From the NCBI GenBank assembly GCA_016872555.1, contig VGZO01000004.1, positions 76,725-140,724 of the forward strand: a stretch of DNA of 64,000 nucleotides, in the 5' to 3' direction. Source of the stretch: Planctomycetota bacterium (GTDB taxonomy: Bacteria > Planctomycetota > Planctomycetia > Pirellulales > UBA1268). Positions 1 to 8,869 of this stretch are shown one piece after another. A program made the position numbers and the translations under genes. Within the stretch, counting starts at the first letter, position 1. Each line of letters begins with the position of its first letter. Under the pieces are notes generated by a model. The model made no database searches and was not told the origin of the DNA. It worked only from the letters and a program-made list of their open reading frames with translations.

Positions 1-651
1 GAGGCCCTCGTGCACGACGGCTGGAGCACGAAGCGGCTCGTGCGGCGGATCCTCCTCTCGGAGACGTTCCGCCAAACCGGCACCGTGCCTGCCGATGCCC
101 CCGGGCACCAGATCGATCCGGCCGCCCGGCTGCTGTGGCGCGCGGCGCCCAGGCGCCTGTCGGTCGAACAGTTCCGCGACACGTGGCTGTCACTCTCGGG
201 CGAGCTGCGGCTCGACCCGGCCGGCCGGCCGGCCGACCCGTTCGCCGCCGCCGGGCCCCATCACCGCACGATCCACTGCCTCGTCGACCGGCAGTACCTG
301 TCGGCTCCCCTTCGCCTGTTCGACATGGCCAATCCCGACCTCCACACCCCGTCGCGCCCCGAGACGACCGTGCCGCAGCAGGCGCTGTTCGCGCTGAATC
401 ACCCGTTCGTCGCGGCGCGGGCCCGGGCGCTGGCGGCGCGGGTGTTGTGCACCGACGGGCCACCGGCCGAATCGCTCGACGGCCTGTGGCAGCTCGTCTT
501 CCAGCGCTCCCCGAGCGCCGTCGAGCGTGCCGCCGCGACCGAGTTTCTCGCGGCCGGCCGCGACACCGGCCCGGCAGACGGCCAGCTCGGTCCCGAGGAG
601 CAGCTCGTCCAGGCGTTGCTGTTGTCCAATGAATTGATGTTCGTCGACTGA
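1..651 (+). CDS. PSD1/DUF1553-family protein, C-terminal fragment (5' end outside window)
   Basis: Open from base 1 in the frame of ORF 10..651. The tail LLLSNELMFVD parallels the tails of the three complete PSCyt/DUF1553 genes here (LLASNEFLITL, LLSSSDFLYVE, LLTSREFLFRH). 1-nt TGATG overlap with the downstream DUF1501 gene. Confidence 0.8.
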   Translation, partial: EALVHDGWSTKRLVRRILLSETFRQTGTVPADAPGHQIDPAARLLWRAAPRRLSVEQFRDTWLSLSGELRLDPAGRPADPFAAAGPHHRTIHCLVDRQYLSAPLRLFDMANPDLHTPSRPETTVPQQALFALNHPFVAARARALAARVLCTDGPPAESLDGLWQLVFQRSPSAVERAAATEFLAAGRDTGPADGQLGPEEQLVQALLLSNELMFVD

Positions 652-2096
652 TGGTTTTCCCCGCCCCGACCATGGCGATGCCCATGCCAGACGTGTCCCC
701 GATCACCCGCCGCGACCTGCTCGCCCACGGCGCCTGCGGCATCGGATTGCTCGGCCTCGCCGGCGTCCTCGCCGACGCCGGCGAGCTCGCCGGCGCCGGG
801 CCTGACTCCACGACCGACCCGCTCGCTCCCAAGTCCCCGCACTTCGCTCCCCGTGCCACGCGCCTGGTGCACGTGTTCCTCAACGGCGGGCCATCGCACG
901 TCGACCTCGTCGATCCCAAGCCGGCGCTGTCGCGCCATGCCGGGCAGCCGCTCCCGCTGTCGCTGACGACCGAGCGCAAGACCGGCACCGCCCTGCCGGC
1001 GCCGTTCCCGTTTCGGCGCTACGGCGACAGCGGGCTGGAGCTCAGCGACCTGCTGGCGCGGACCGCGCGGCACGCCGACCGGATCGCCGTGATCCGCTCG
1101 ATGTTCGCCCACGTCCCCAACCACGAGCCGTCGTTGATGCTGATGAACTGCGGCGACTCGGTGCAGCCGCGCCCGAGCGTCGGGTCGTGGCTGCTGCACG
1201 GCCTGGGCACCGAGAACCGCAACATCCCCGGCTTCCTCGCGATCTGTCCCGGCGGGCTGCCGGTGAAGGGGCCCGACAACTGGCAGGCCGGATTCCTCCC
1301 CGGTTCGCTCCAGGGCACGGCGATCGACTCGCGCCACACCGCCGTCGACCGGCTCATCGAGAACATCACCAGCCCCCATGCCTCGGCCGCCATCCAGCGG
1401 CGCCAGCTCGACCTCCTCCGCCGCCTCGACGCCACGCGCCATGTCGCCGACCCGCGGCTCGAAGCGAGGATCGGATCGTTCGAGCTGGCATTCCGGATGC
1501 AGACCGAGGCGACCGAGGCCTTCGACCTGTCGCGGGAGACCGCCGAGACCCGGGCCCTGTACGGCGACACCGTCCACGGGAGGCAATTCCTCGTCGCCCG
1601 GCGGCTCCTCGAACGCGGCGTCCGCACCGTGCAGCTGTGGCACGGCGCCGGCCAGCCGTGGGACAACCACGAACAGATCGCCGCCAACCTCCAGCGCCTG
1701 TGCGGCGAGCTCGACGGTCCCCTCGACGCATTCCTCACCGACCTGGCGCGCCGCGGACTCCTCGACGACACGCTGGTCCTCGTCGGCGGTGAATTCGGCC
1801 GGACACCCTCGGTCGAGCTCGGCGGCGACGGTGCCGCCAAGGCGGGGCGCGACCACAACCACTACGGGTTCTCGGTGTTCCTCGCCGGCGGTGGCATCAA
1901 GGGAGGCACCGTGCATGGCGCCACCGACGACTTCGGCTTCCGCGCCGCGGTCGATCCGGTGAGTGTCCACGACCTCCACGCCACGCTCCTCCACCTCCTC
2001 GGGCTCGACCACACGCGGCTGACCTACCGCTACGCCGGCCGCGACTTCCGCCTCACCGACGTCCACGGCCGCGTCCTCCACGCGCTGATCGGCTGA
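651..2096 (+). CDS. DUF1501 family protein (sulfatase/alkaline-phosphatase-like), TAT signal
   Basis: Twin-arginine leader ITRRDLLAHGACG. Motifs NGGPSHVDLVDPKP and GGEFGRTP...GRDHNHYGF are shared with the other DUF1501 copies in the window. Start could also be one of the nearby internal Met codons. Confidence 0.9.
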   Translation: MVFPAPTMAMPMPDVSPITRRDLLAHGACGIGLLGLAGVLADAGELAGAGPDSTTDPLAPKSPHFAPRATRLVHVFLNGGPSHVDLVDPKPALSRHAGQPLPLSLTTERKTGTALPAPFPFRRYGDSGLELSDLLARTARHADRIAVIRSMFAHVPNHEPSLMLMNCGDSVQPRPSVGSWLLHGLGTENRNIPGFLAICPGGLPVKGPDNWQAGFLPGSLQGTAIDSRHTAVDRLIENITSPHASAAIQRRQLDLLRRLDATRHVADPRLEARIGSFELAFRMQTEATEAFDLSRETAETRALYGDTVHGRQFLVARRLLERGVRTVQLWHGAGQPWDNHEQIAANLQRLCGELDGPLDAFLTDLARRGLLDDTLVLVGGEFGRTPSVELGGDGAAKAGRDHNHYGFSVFLAGGGIKGGTVHGATDDFGFRAAVDPVSVHDLHATLLHLLGLDHTRLTYRYAGRDFRLTDVHGRVLHALIG

Positions 2097-2844
2097 AGCG
2101 CCGGGGCGGAACCGGCGCCCTCGACGCTCACGATCGACGGCGACCTGACCGTGTCGCGCGTGGCGATCATCGGCGCGTCGCGGATCGTCGTCGGCCGGAG
2201 CGACCCGGGCCTGCTGCCGGTGATCGACCAGGAGGGGGGCGCGAACCTGTCGCTCCCCGGAATCGCCCTGGAGATGCGCGGCGGCGACATCATCCTCCGC
2301 GCCGACGTGTCGACCGCCGGCGCCCCGCAGACCTACGCCGGCCCGATCCGCCTCGGGGTCGCTTCGGCGGCCGCCGACGTGACGCTCACCGGCAGCCTGG
2401 TGACGGTTGGCGGGATCGATGTCGCGGCCGGGGTCAGCAACGTCCGCTTCTCGGGGGGCGGCTCGATCCGCAATCCCGGCATGCAGGGGATCCGGTTCAA
2501 CGGCACGTCGACCAATTCGCTCGTCCGCGGGTTCACGATCACCGCCGCCGGGATGACGGGGATCAAGTTCGCCTCCGGCGACTACACCGGCACGCGCGAT
2601 CGGAAACTCGATCGACGGCGCCGGGCTGTCGACGTACGGGTTCCGGCTCGGCAGTGCCACCGGCCTTTCGATCGGCGGCGGCCTCCTCGGCGACGGCAAC
2701 CGCGTCACCGGCACCTACCAGGGCTTGTACGCCTCGGGCGGGCTGGCCGGCACGAGCGTGCTCGGCAACACGATCACCGGCAACGTGACGAACATCACCG
2801 TCGATCCGACGGCGGCGGCGACCGGCACGTGCCAGACGAGCTGA
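2097..2844 (+). pseudogene. Start-less, frameshifted beta-helix/adhesin-like repeat protein remnant
   Basis: Frame is open directly from the DUF1501 stop with no ATG; the only candidate start is a GTG at 2151. It encodes repeat-like sequence (SLVTVGGIDVAAGVSNVRFSGGGSIRNPGMQGIRFNGTSTNSLVRGFTITAAGMTGIKFASGDYTGT). The same style of sequence continues in the +1 frame from about 2599 (IGNSIDGAGLSTYGFRLGSATGLSIGGG...NTITGNVTNITVDPTAAATGTCQTS, stop 2842-2844). The original frame turns into Arg-rich nonsense. Confidence 0.5.
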
Positions 2845-2895
2845 GGGGGAGGCGACGGCACGGGGGCAACGGGACGCCCCCCGGGGGATGCCGGG

Positions 2896-4110
2896 TCATT
2901 CGCCGCCGGGACCGTCTCCGACCAGGATCCACGCCTCGTCGCACGCGACGTGCTTCATCGTCTTTCCAGCCGCCACGAACACGCTGTACACGAGGTGGAT
3001 CGTGCCGTCGCGCCCTTGCGTCACCGCGGGATAGTGGAACGACCCGGCCGGGTCGCGCTCCAGATGGCGCCGGTGGGGCCATGTCTTCCCCTCGTCATCG
3101 GACAGTGCGACAGCGAGGCTGCCGCGTCCTTCGATCGTGTCGTTGAACACCAGCAGCCACCGTCCGCTGGCGAGGCGCAGGGCGTCGAGCCCGGACCCGG
3201 GATTGGGTAATTCGGCGACACCCACCGGCCCCCATGTCTCCCCACCATCGGCGCTTTCCGCGGTTCGGATCCGCTCGAGCGGGCCGTTTTCGCGCATGTA
3301 GGCGACGAGCGTGCCGTCGCGGCGCTCGACGACCGCCGGTTGGATGTTGCCGAAGCCGAGCGCCGGCGCGCCGGCCCGCCAGGTGGCGCCGTCGTCGTCG
3401 CTCAGCGCCATCAGCGCCGCCGACCAGGTGTCGCTGTACAAGGGAAGCACGATCCGACCCGTCGACAGCGTCGTCGGCTTGCAGCGCGGCTGCCATCCGA
3501 GGCGCTGCAGGAGCCGGTCGTCGAGGCGCTGCTGCCATTCCTCCGCCGCGCGGCGCAGATTCGGGCTCGCGCCGTCCAGCTCGGCGCGCCGCTCGGCAAG
3601 CAGCGCGCGGCCGCGGGGGGCGAAGTCGGCGGGGGCCAGCCACAGCGCCTGTTGCCACTCCCACACCGGGCTGCCCGCGCCGAGGTAGTCGCGCGACCGG
3701 CGCGCGTGGGTGACCGCCGACTCCCAGCGGTTGTCGACGATCACCGGCCAGAACAGCCACAGCCTGCCGCGACGGTCGATCGACAGGCAGGTGTTGCAAT
3801 CGGGAAACCCGGGGGTGTCGGCCATCAGGAAGGGGTCGCTCCACGCCGCCGCTCCCGGCGCGAGGCGGGCGCCGTACACCGCGACGTCGTCGGCTTTCCG
3901 CTCCCCCGAGCCGCGGTACCAGGAGACGAGCAACTGGCCGTCGGGGCACTCGACGATCCCGGGAGCGTGGTTGTGGCGCGGGTCGGGGGGGAAAACGAGC
4001 TCGGCGCGATGCACCGGCGTTGCCTCGTCGCCCGCGGCGGCGGTCGCGACCAGCGCCGGGGCAAGAACAGCGGCGAAGAAGATCGCTCGACGACGGGGGA
4101 TGCGGAACAT
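2896..4110 (-). CDS. BNR/Asp-box repeat sialidase-like (exo-alpha-sialidase family) secreted protein
   Basis: N-terminal signal peptide (RRRAIFFAAVLAPALVATAAAG). Three Asp-boxes S-x-D-x-G-x-T-W (SDDDGATW, SADGGETW, SDDEGKTW). GAGGA RBS upstream of the ATG at 4110. Confidence 0.8.
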   Translation of the reverse strand: MFRIPRRRAIFFAAVLAPALVATAAAGDEATPVHRAELVFPPDPRHNHAPGIVECPDGQLLVSWYRGSGERKADDVAVYGARLAPGAAAWSDPFLMADTPGFPDCNTCLSIDRRGRLWLFWPVIVDNRWESAVTHARRSRDYLGAGSPVWEWQQALWLAPADFAPRGRALLAERRAELDGASPNLRRAAEEWQQRLDDRLLQRLGWQPRCKPTTLSTGRIVLPLYSDTWSAALMALSDDDGATWRAGAPALGFGNIQPAVVERRDGTLVAYMRENGPLERIRTAESADGGETWGPVGVAELPNPGSGLDALRLASGRWLLVFNDTIEGRGSLAVALSDDEGKTWPHRRHLERDPAGSFHYPAVTQGRDGTIHLVYSVFVAAGKTMKHVACDEAWILVGDGPGGE

Positions 4111-4213
4111 CGGGTCTTCCTCGGGGATGGCGACGGCGCGACTGGACCAGCATACGGGCGAGCGGACCGGCGGGAACCGTGACCGGGCCGCGCCTCCCGG
4201 ACCGGATCTTCGC

Positions 4214-5770
4214 TCAGGGGCTCACGACGTCGGCAAGCGCGCCGGTCGGCACCGGCACCAGCGGCGGGCGGACGTCGTCGGGAGCGAAGCCGCATGTCAC
4301 GGACGTCGCCGTGCCGCACACGCGCCCCTGGCAGGGCCCCATGCCGACGCGCGACAGCAGTTTCGCCTCGCGCCACGCGGTGAACCCGCGGAGCCGTTCC
4401 GCGGCCACGTCCTCGCAGCGGCAGACGACGGTGTCGGCCGAGGCTAGCGTCCGGAGGCGCGGGTCGAGCGTGAAGGTGTCGAGGAGTCGCACGGCGAACT
4501 GCCGGGCGCGACGCACCTCGGCGAGGAGCGGCGCGGCCGTTGCACCGGCGCCGACCGCCACCAGCCCCGCGACCCGCCCCTCGACCAGGCTCTTGTCGAC
4601 GCCTCCGATCCCCGTGCATTCACCGGCCGCCAACACGTCCGGCCGGGTCGTGCGCTGCCACTCGTCGACCACCACGCCATCCGCGCCGATCGCGCAGCCG
4701 AGGGCGCGGGCCACGTCGGTGTTGGGCACCAGGCCGAACCCGCAGGCAAGGATGTCGCAGGCGACGTCGCGGTCGCGCTCCCGCCCCGGGCGCCCGGACC
4801 GCAGCGTCACGACCAGGCCGTCCGCAGCCGCGCGCACCGCCACCGGAAACGTTGCCGGCCGGTAGACGGCCGCCGTCGTGCGCGCGAGCCCGACGGCCTG
4901 GACGAGCTTGGCCGGGTCGGCCACCAACCGTGCGGCGAACCCCGCCAGCCGGACGCGGTCGGCCTGTTCGGCGATCGCCACCAGCCGCGCCCCGCTCCGC
5001 GCCGCCACGTCGGCCACCGCCAGCAGGAGCGGCCCGCTGCCGGCGACGACGACGCGCCTCCCGGCGACGTCGAGCCCCTGCTTGACCAGCGCCTGCAATC
5101 CGCCGGCGCCGACGACGCCGGGAAGCGTCCAGCCCGGAAACGGGACGAAGCGCTCGCGGGCACCAGTTGCGAGGACGATCCGCCGGGCGACGACCTGCCG
5201 CGTCCCGACGGCGTCCTGGAGCTGGATCGCTCCCGACGGGGTCACCGTGACCACGGCGGTTCCCGGGAAGAACCGTGCCCCGCCCTGCGGCCGAGCCGCG
5301 CCGCCGCGCCAGATCTGCCCGCCGGGGGCAGGGTTGTCGTCGATCACGATCACGTCGGCCCCGGCCGTCGCCGCGGCACTGGCCGCGGCGATCCCTGCCG
5401 GGCCGGCCCCGACGACGAGCACGTCGCACACCCCGTGCCGCGGCGCCGCCGGGAGCGCCGGGCAAGCCCGCGGAGCGGCGGCAGGCGCGGCGGTGTCGAC
5501 GCACATCCCGTCGCGGACCGTCTCCTGGCAGGTGCGCACCAACTCCCGGCCGTCGACCGTCGCCCGGCATTCGAAGCAGACCCCCATCCCGCACAGCGGC
5601 CCGCGCGGCGCGCCGGTGACGCTCGTGCGCACGTGCCACGCCTCCGCGCCGCCGCGCGACAGCAGCGCCGCCGCAACCGACTGTCCGCGTGCGGCGGTGA
5701 CAGGCGCGCCGTCGACCATGAGCGTCACCGTGTCGCGATGGCCGCGCGGCGGGTCAGCGGGACCGTTCAT
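4214..5770 (-). CDS. Fused [2Fe-2S]-binding domain + FAD/NAD(P) pyridine-nucleotide-disulfide oxidoreductase (HcnA-HcnB / opine oxidase A / LhpF-LhpE-like)
   Basis: Starts MNGPADPP at 5770, with an ATGA overlap to the upstream gene's stop. N-terminal Cys cluster (LCGMGVCFECRATVDG...RTCQ). Rossmann motif DVLVVGAGPAGIAAA. BFD-like C-terminal CRCEDV...GMGPCQGRVCG. The upstream 400 aa of track ORF 4214..6973 is an out-of-frame artefact. Confidence 0.8.
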   Translation of the reverse strand: MNGPADPPRGHRDTVTLMVDGAPVTAARGQSVAAALLSRGGAEAWHVRTSVTGAPRGPLCGMGVCFECRATVDGRELVRTCQETVRDGMCVDTAAPAAAPRACPALPAAPRHGVCDVLVVGAGPAGIAAASAAATAGADVIVIDDNPAPGGQIWRGGAARPQGGARFFPGTAVVTVTPSGAIQLQDAVGTRQVVARRIVLATGARERFVPFPGWTLPGVVGAGGLQALVKQGLDVAGRRVVVAGSGPLLLAVADVAARSGARLVAIAEQADRVRLAGFAARLVADPAKLVQAVGLARTTAAVYRPATFPVAVRAAADGLVVTLRSGRPGRERDRDVACDILACGFGLVPNTDVARALGCAIGADGVVVDEWQRTTRPDVLAAGECTGIGGVDKSLVEGRVAGLVAVGAGATAAPLLAEVRRARQFAVRLLDTFTLDPRLRTLASADTVVCRCEDVAAERLRGFTAWREAKLLSRVGMGPCQGRVCGTATSVTCGFAPDDVRPPLVPVPTGALADVVSP

Positions 5771-6891
5771 CGCGCGGCCTCCACGGGCACCGCCAGGAAC
5801 CGCGCCGGCAGCCATGGTGCCGGATCGACCACCGCGTCGCGGCCGAGGAGTCCGGCGACCAGCCCTTCGGCGGTGGCGGGCGCCGTCGTGATCCCGAGCC
5901 CTTCGTGGCCGGTCGCCAGCCAGAGGCCGGCGATCGCCGGCCACGGGCCGACCAGCGGCAGCCCGTCGGGGGTCGCCGCCCGCAGCCCGGTCCAGACGCG
6001 GATCGCCGGTACCGTCGCCAACCGCGGCAGGTATTCGAAGCAGCGCGCGAGCATCGTCTCGAGCAGCTTCGGCTCGACCGCCGGCGAGGTGACGTCGATC
6101 TGCCGCGACGAGCCGACGAGCACCTGCCCCGTCGCGCGCGGTTGGACGTTGAACGCGACCGAGTCGGTGCCGACGTCGTGGGCGCGCTTCACATAGCCGA
6201 GCTCGACCACCTGGTGGTGGATCAACCCCGGCGCGCGGTCGGTGATCACGAGGTGCCCCTTGCGCGGCCGGATCGGCACACCGGGCACGAGCCGCGCGGC
6301 GGCGGCGCCGGTGGCGACGACGACCGCGTCGGCCTCGATGCGGCCGCCGTCGGCGAGGCGCAGCACGCCGCCGGGCTCGACCGCCGTCGCCGCGACGCCG
6401 CGCCGCAGCCGCGCGCCGGCGGCGACGGCTTCCGCCACCATCCACGCCGCCACGGGAGGCGGATAGACGACGGCGTCGTCCGGCACGACGAGCGCCCCGG
6501 CCAAGCCGGGGCGGAGCGCCGGCTCGAGGTGCGCCAGTTCCTCGGGCCCGATGAGCCGGGCCGCTACCCCGGCCGCCGCGAGGCGCTCGGCCTTGGCGGC
6601 AGCCTCGGCCAGTTCGTCGGCGGCGGCGGCGACCCAGGCCGTGCCCGGCCGCCGATACTCCGCTGCCGCGGGGAGGTGAGGGGCGAGCGATTCCCACAGC
6701 GCCCGGCCCCGCGAGGTGAGCGCGATCTGGGCCGGGGAATCGTCGATGACGACGACGTGGCCCATCCCGGCCGCCGTGGCTCCGCCCCCGGGGAACCGCT
6801 CCTCGACGACCGTCACCCGGCAGCCGGCGCGGGCCAAGGCGAGCGCCGAGGCGGCGCCGACGATCCCCGCTCCGACGATCACGACGTCCAT
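5767..6891 (-). CDS. FAD-dependent oxidoreductase (DadA/HcnC/D-hydroxyproline dehydrogenase LhpB-like)
   Basis: MDVVIVGAGIVGAASALALARAG dinucleotide-binding N-terminus. An alternative upstream start at 6942 adds 17 aa. 4-nt overlap with the downstream oxidoreductase gene. Confidence 0.85.
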   Translation of the reverse strand: MDVVIVGAGIVGAASALALARAGCRVTVVEERFPGGGATAAGMGHVVVIDDSPAQIALTSRGRALWESLAPHLPAAAEYRRPGTAWVAAAADELAEAAAKAERLAAAGVAARLIGPEELAHLEPALRPGLAGALVVPDDAVVYPPPVAAWMVAEAVAAGARLRRGVAATAVEPGGVLRLADGGRIEADAVVVATGAAAARLVPGVPIRPRKGHLVITDRAPGLIHHQVVELGYVKRAHDVGTDSVAFNVQPRATGQVLVGSSRQIDVTSPAVEPKLLETMLARCFEYLPRLATVPAIRVWTGLRAATPDGLPLVGPWPAIAGLWLATGHEGLGITTAPATAEGLVAGLLGRDAVVDPAPWLPARFLAVPVEAAR

Positions 6892-6971
6892 CGCCGATCC
6901 CCGCTCCGCGCCAGCGCGGGCCACGCGCGGCGGCCGCAGCATACAATCCCCTCCACCCGCGGAGCGCTTCC

Positions 6972-7883
6972 ATGCCGATCGACTGGTGCGGCGTCTACGC
7001 CGCCGCGACGACCGAATTCCACCCCGACGAGCGGCTCGACCCGGCGGCGACGAAGCTCCACTTCGAGCGGCTCATCGACGACGGGATTCACGGCCTGGTG
7101 GTGATGGGCACCGTCGGCGAAGGCACCTCGCTCGATCCCGACGAGAAGCGCGAGGTGCTCCGGCTCGGTATCGAAGCCTCGCGCGGGCGGGTGCCGGTGG
7201 TGACCGGCGTCGCCGAATACACGACCCGCGCCGCCTGCCGCTGGGCCGCCGAGGCGGAGCGGCTCGGCGCCGACGGCCTGATGGTCCTGCCGGGGATGGT
7301 CTACAAGCCGCGCCCCGCGGAGAACCTCGCCCACTTCCGCGCCGTCGCCCGGGCCAGTGGGCTGCCGGTGATGCTCTACAACAACCCCGTCTCGTACGGC
7401 GTCGACCTCCGCCCCGAGCAGATCGCCGAGTTGGCCGACGAGCCGACGATCCGCGCCGTCAAGGAGTCGAGCGACGACCCGCGGCGGATCACCGACATCG
7501 CCAACCTCGTCGGCGACCGCTACGTGCTTCTCTGCGGCGTCGACGACCTGGTGCTCGAGAGCATCGTGCTGGGGGCGCGCGGCTGGGTCTCGGGGCTGGT
7601 CAACGCCTTCCCGGCCGAGAACCGGCTGCTGTGGGATCTGACGTTGGCGGGGCGGTTCGACGAGGCCCGGGCCGTCTACCGCTGGTACACGCCGCTGCTC
7701 CACCTCGACACGCGCCCGACCCTCGTCCAGTGCATCAAGCTGGCGGCGGCGCTGACCGGACTGGGGGGCGAGGCGGTGCGGGCACCGCGGCGGCCGCTCG
7801 ACGGGGCGGAGCGCGAGGAGGTGGTCGCGCTTGTGCGCCGCGCGATCCGCGACCGCCCGCCGACGCGGACCGGCGGCGCATGA
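6972..7883 (+). CDS. Dihydrodipicolinate synthase (DapA) family lyase, candidate pyrroline-4-hydroxy-2-carboxylate deaminase
   Basis: DapA-family layout (GLVVMGTVGEGTSL, YNNP, Schiff-base Lys context IRAVKESS). Divergent from the oxidoreductase pair and translationally coupled (ATGA) to the proline-racemase-family gene. Confidence 0.8.
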   Translation: MPIDWCGVYAAATTEFHPDERLDPAATKLHFERLIDDGIHGLVVMGTVGEGTSLDPDEKREVLRLGIEASRGRVPVVTGVAEYTTRAACRWAAEAERLGADGLMVLPGMVYKPRPAENLAHFRAVARASGLPVMLYNNPVSYGVDLRPEQIAELADEPTIRAVKESSDDPRRITDIANLVGDRYVLLCGVDDLVLESIVLGARGWVSGLVNAFPAENRLLWDLTLAGRFDEARAVYRWYTPLLHLDTRPTLVQCIKLAAALTGLGGEAVRAPRRPLDGAEREEVVALVRRAIRDRPPTRTGGA

Positions 7884-8869
7884 ACGCCTCCCCACCGCCG
7901 TCGCGCCTCCGCGTGGTCGACTCGCACACGCTCGGCGAGCCGACGCGGGTGGTCGTCGATCCGGCGACGGCCGCGTGGTTCCCGGCGCGCGGCTCGGTGC
8001 GCGAGAAGCGCGACGCCTTCGCCCGCGATCACGCTCCCCTCCGCCGAGCCCTGGTCGGCGATCCACGCGGCGCCGAGGCGATGGTCGGCGTGATCCCGGT
8101 GCCCCCCGCCGACCCGGCGTGCCGGTTCGGGGCGGTGTATTTCAACCGCGTCGGCTCCCTCGACATGTGCGGCCACGCCACGATCGGGCTGGCGGTCACG
8201 CTCGGGCACCTCGGCTGGATCGAGCCGGGGCGGTTCCTCCTCGAGACCCCGGCCGGCGTCGTCGCCGTCACCTGGCACGGCGGTGCCGACGCGAGCTTCG
8301 AGAACGTCCCCGCCCGGCGCACGGCGCGCGGCGTCGCCGTGACGTGTGCCGACGGCCGGACCGTGACCGGCGACATCGCCACGTCGGGGTTGTGGTTCTT
8401 CATCACCTCCGACCACGGCGAACCGGTCGAACCGGCGGCGCTGCCGCGGCTGTCGGCGCGCGCCTGGGCGATCCGCCGCGCGCTGGAGGCGGCGGGCCGC
8501 CGCGGCGACGGCGGCGCGGCGATCGATCACGTCGTCCTCCTTGGCCCGCCGGCCGATCCGGCCAACGACGCGCGCAATTTCGTCCTCTGCCCCGACGGCG
8601 CCTTCGACCGCTCGCCGTGCGGCACCGGCACCAGCGCCCTGGTCGGCTGCCTCCACGAAGACGGCCGGCTCGCCGCCGGCGAGCCGTGGCGCCAGGAGAG
8701 CATCCTCGGCGGCGTCTACGTCGCTTCGGTGCGCCGCGACGGGAGCGCGATCGTGCCGACCGTCGCCGGGCGCGCCTGGATCACGGCCGAGAGTGTCGTC
8801 GCCTTCGCCGCCGACGATCCCTACCGGCTCGGCCTGCCGGCGCTCCCGCGCCAGGAGCAGGTGCCGTGA
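7880..8869 (+). CDS. Proline racemase family enzyme, most likely 4-hydroxyproline 2-epimerase
   Basis: Starts MNASPPPSRLRVVDSHTLGEPTR. Both catalytic Cys motifs are present (SLDMCGHATIG and DRSPCGTGTSA), so it is a racemase/epimerase rather than a dehydratase type. Genomic context is D-Hyp dehydrogenase-like and DapA-like genes. Confidence 0.8.
   Translation: MNASPPPSRLRVVDSHTLGEPTRVVVDPATAAWFPARGSVREKRDAFARDHAPLRRALVGDPRGAEAMVGVIPVPPADPACRFGAVYFNRVGSLDMCGHATIGLAVTLGHLGWIEPGRFLLETPAGVVAVTWHGGADASFENVPARRTARGVAVTCADGRTVTGDIATSGLWFFITSDHGEPVEPAALPRLSARAWAIRRALEAAGRRGDGGAAIDHVVLLGPPADPANDARNFVLCPDGAFDRSPCGTGTSALVGCLHEDGRLAAGEPWRQESILGGVYVASVRRDGSAIVPTVAGRAWITAESVVAFAADDPYRLGLPALPRQEQVP

Noticed and set aside
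399-2714. 771-aa minus-strand ORF antisense to the DUF1501 gene. Similar very long antisense ORFs occur at 9689-12307, 12262-16179, 16293-18410, 18548-20386, 21440-23056, 23005-25302, 49457-52648, 55693-57840, 57623-60403 and 59983-62808.
   Set aside because: Translations are Arg/Gly/Ala/Pro-rich low-complexity sequence with no recognisable motifs. They lie opposite ORFs with clear family signatures. Long stop-free antisense frames are expected at about 70% GC.
4214-6973. Track ORFs that extend far upstream of the real start. Examples: 4214-6973, 6716-8869, 7831-9825, 11707-16548, 17114-19753, 22222-23772, 25527-26909, 26084-27814, 29223-32975, 43889-46369, 44765-46348, 47509-49503, 52245-55388, 56002-57666, 58039-62769.
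   Set aside because: The upstream portions overlap the preceding gene out of frame and are compositionally junk. Internal starts with RBS, signal peptides or 4-nt stop/start overlaps give proteins of the normal family length.
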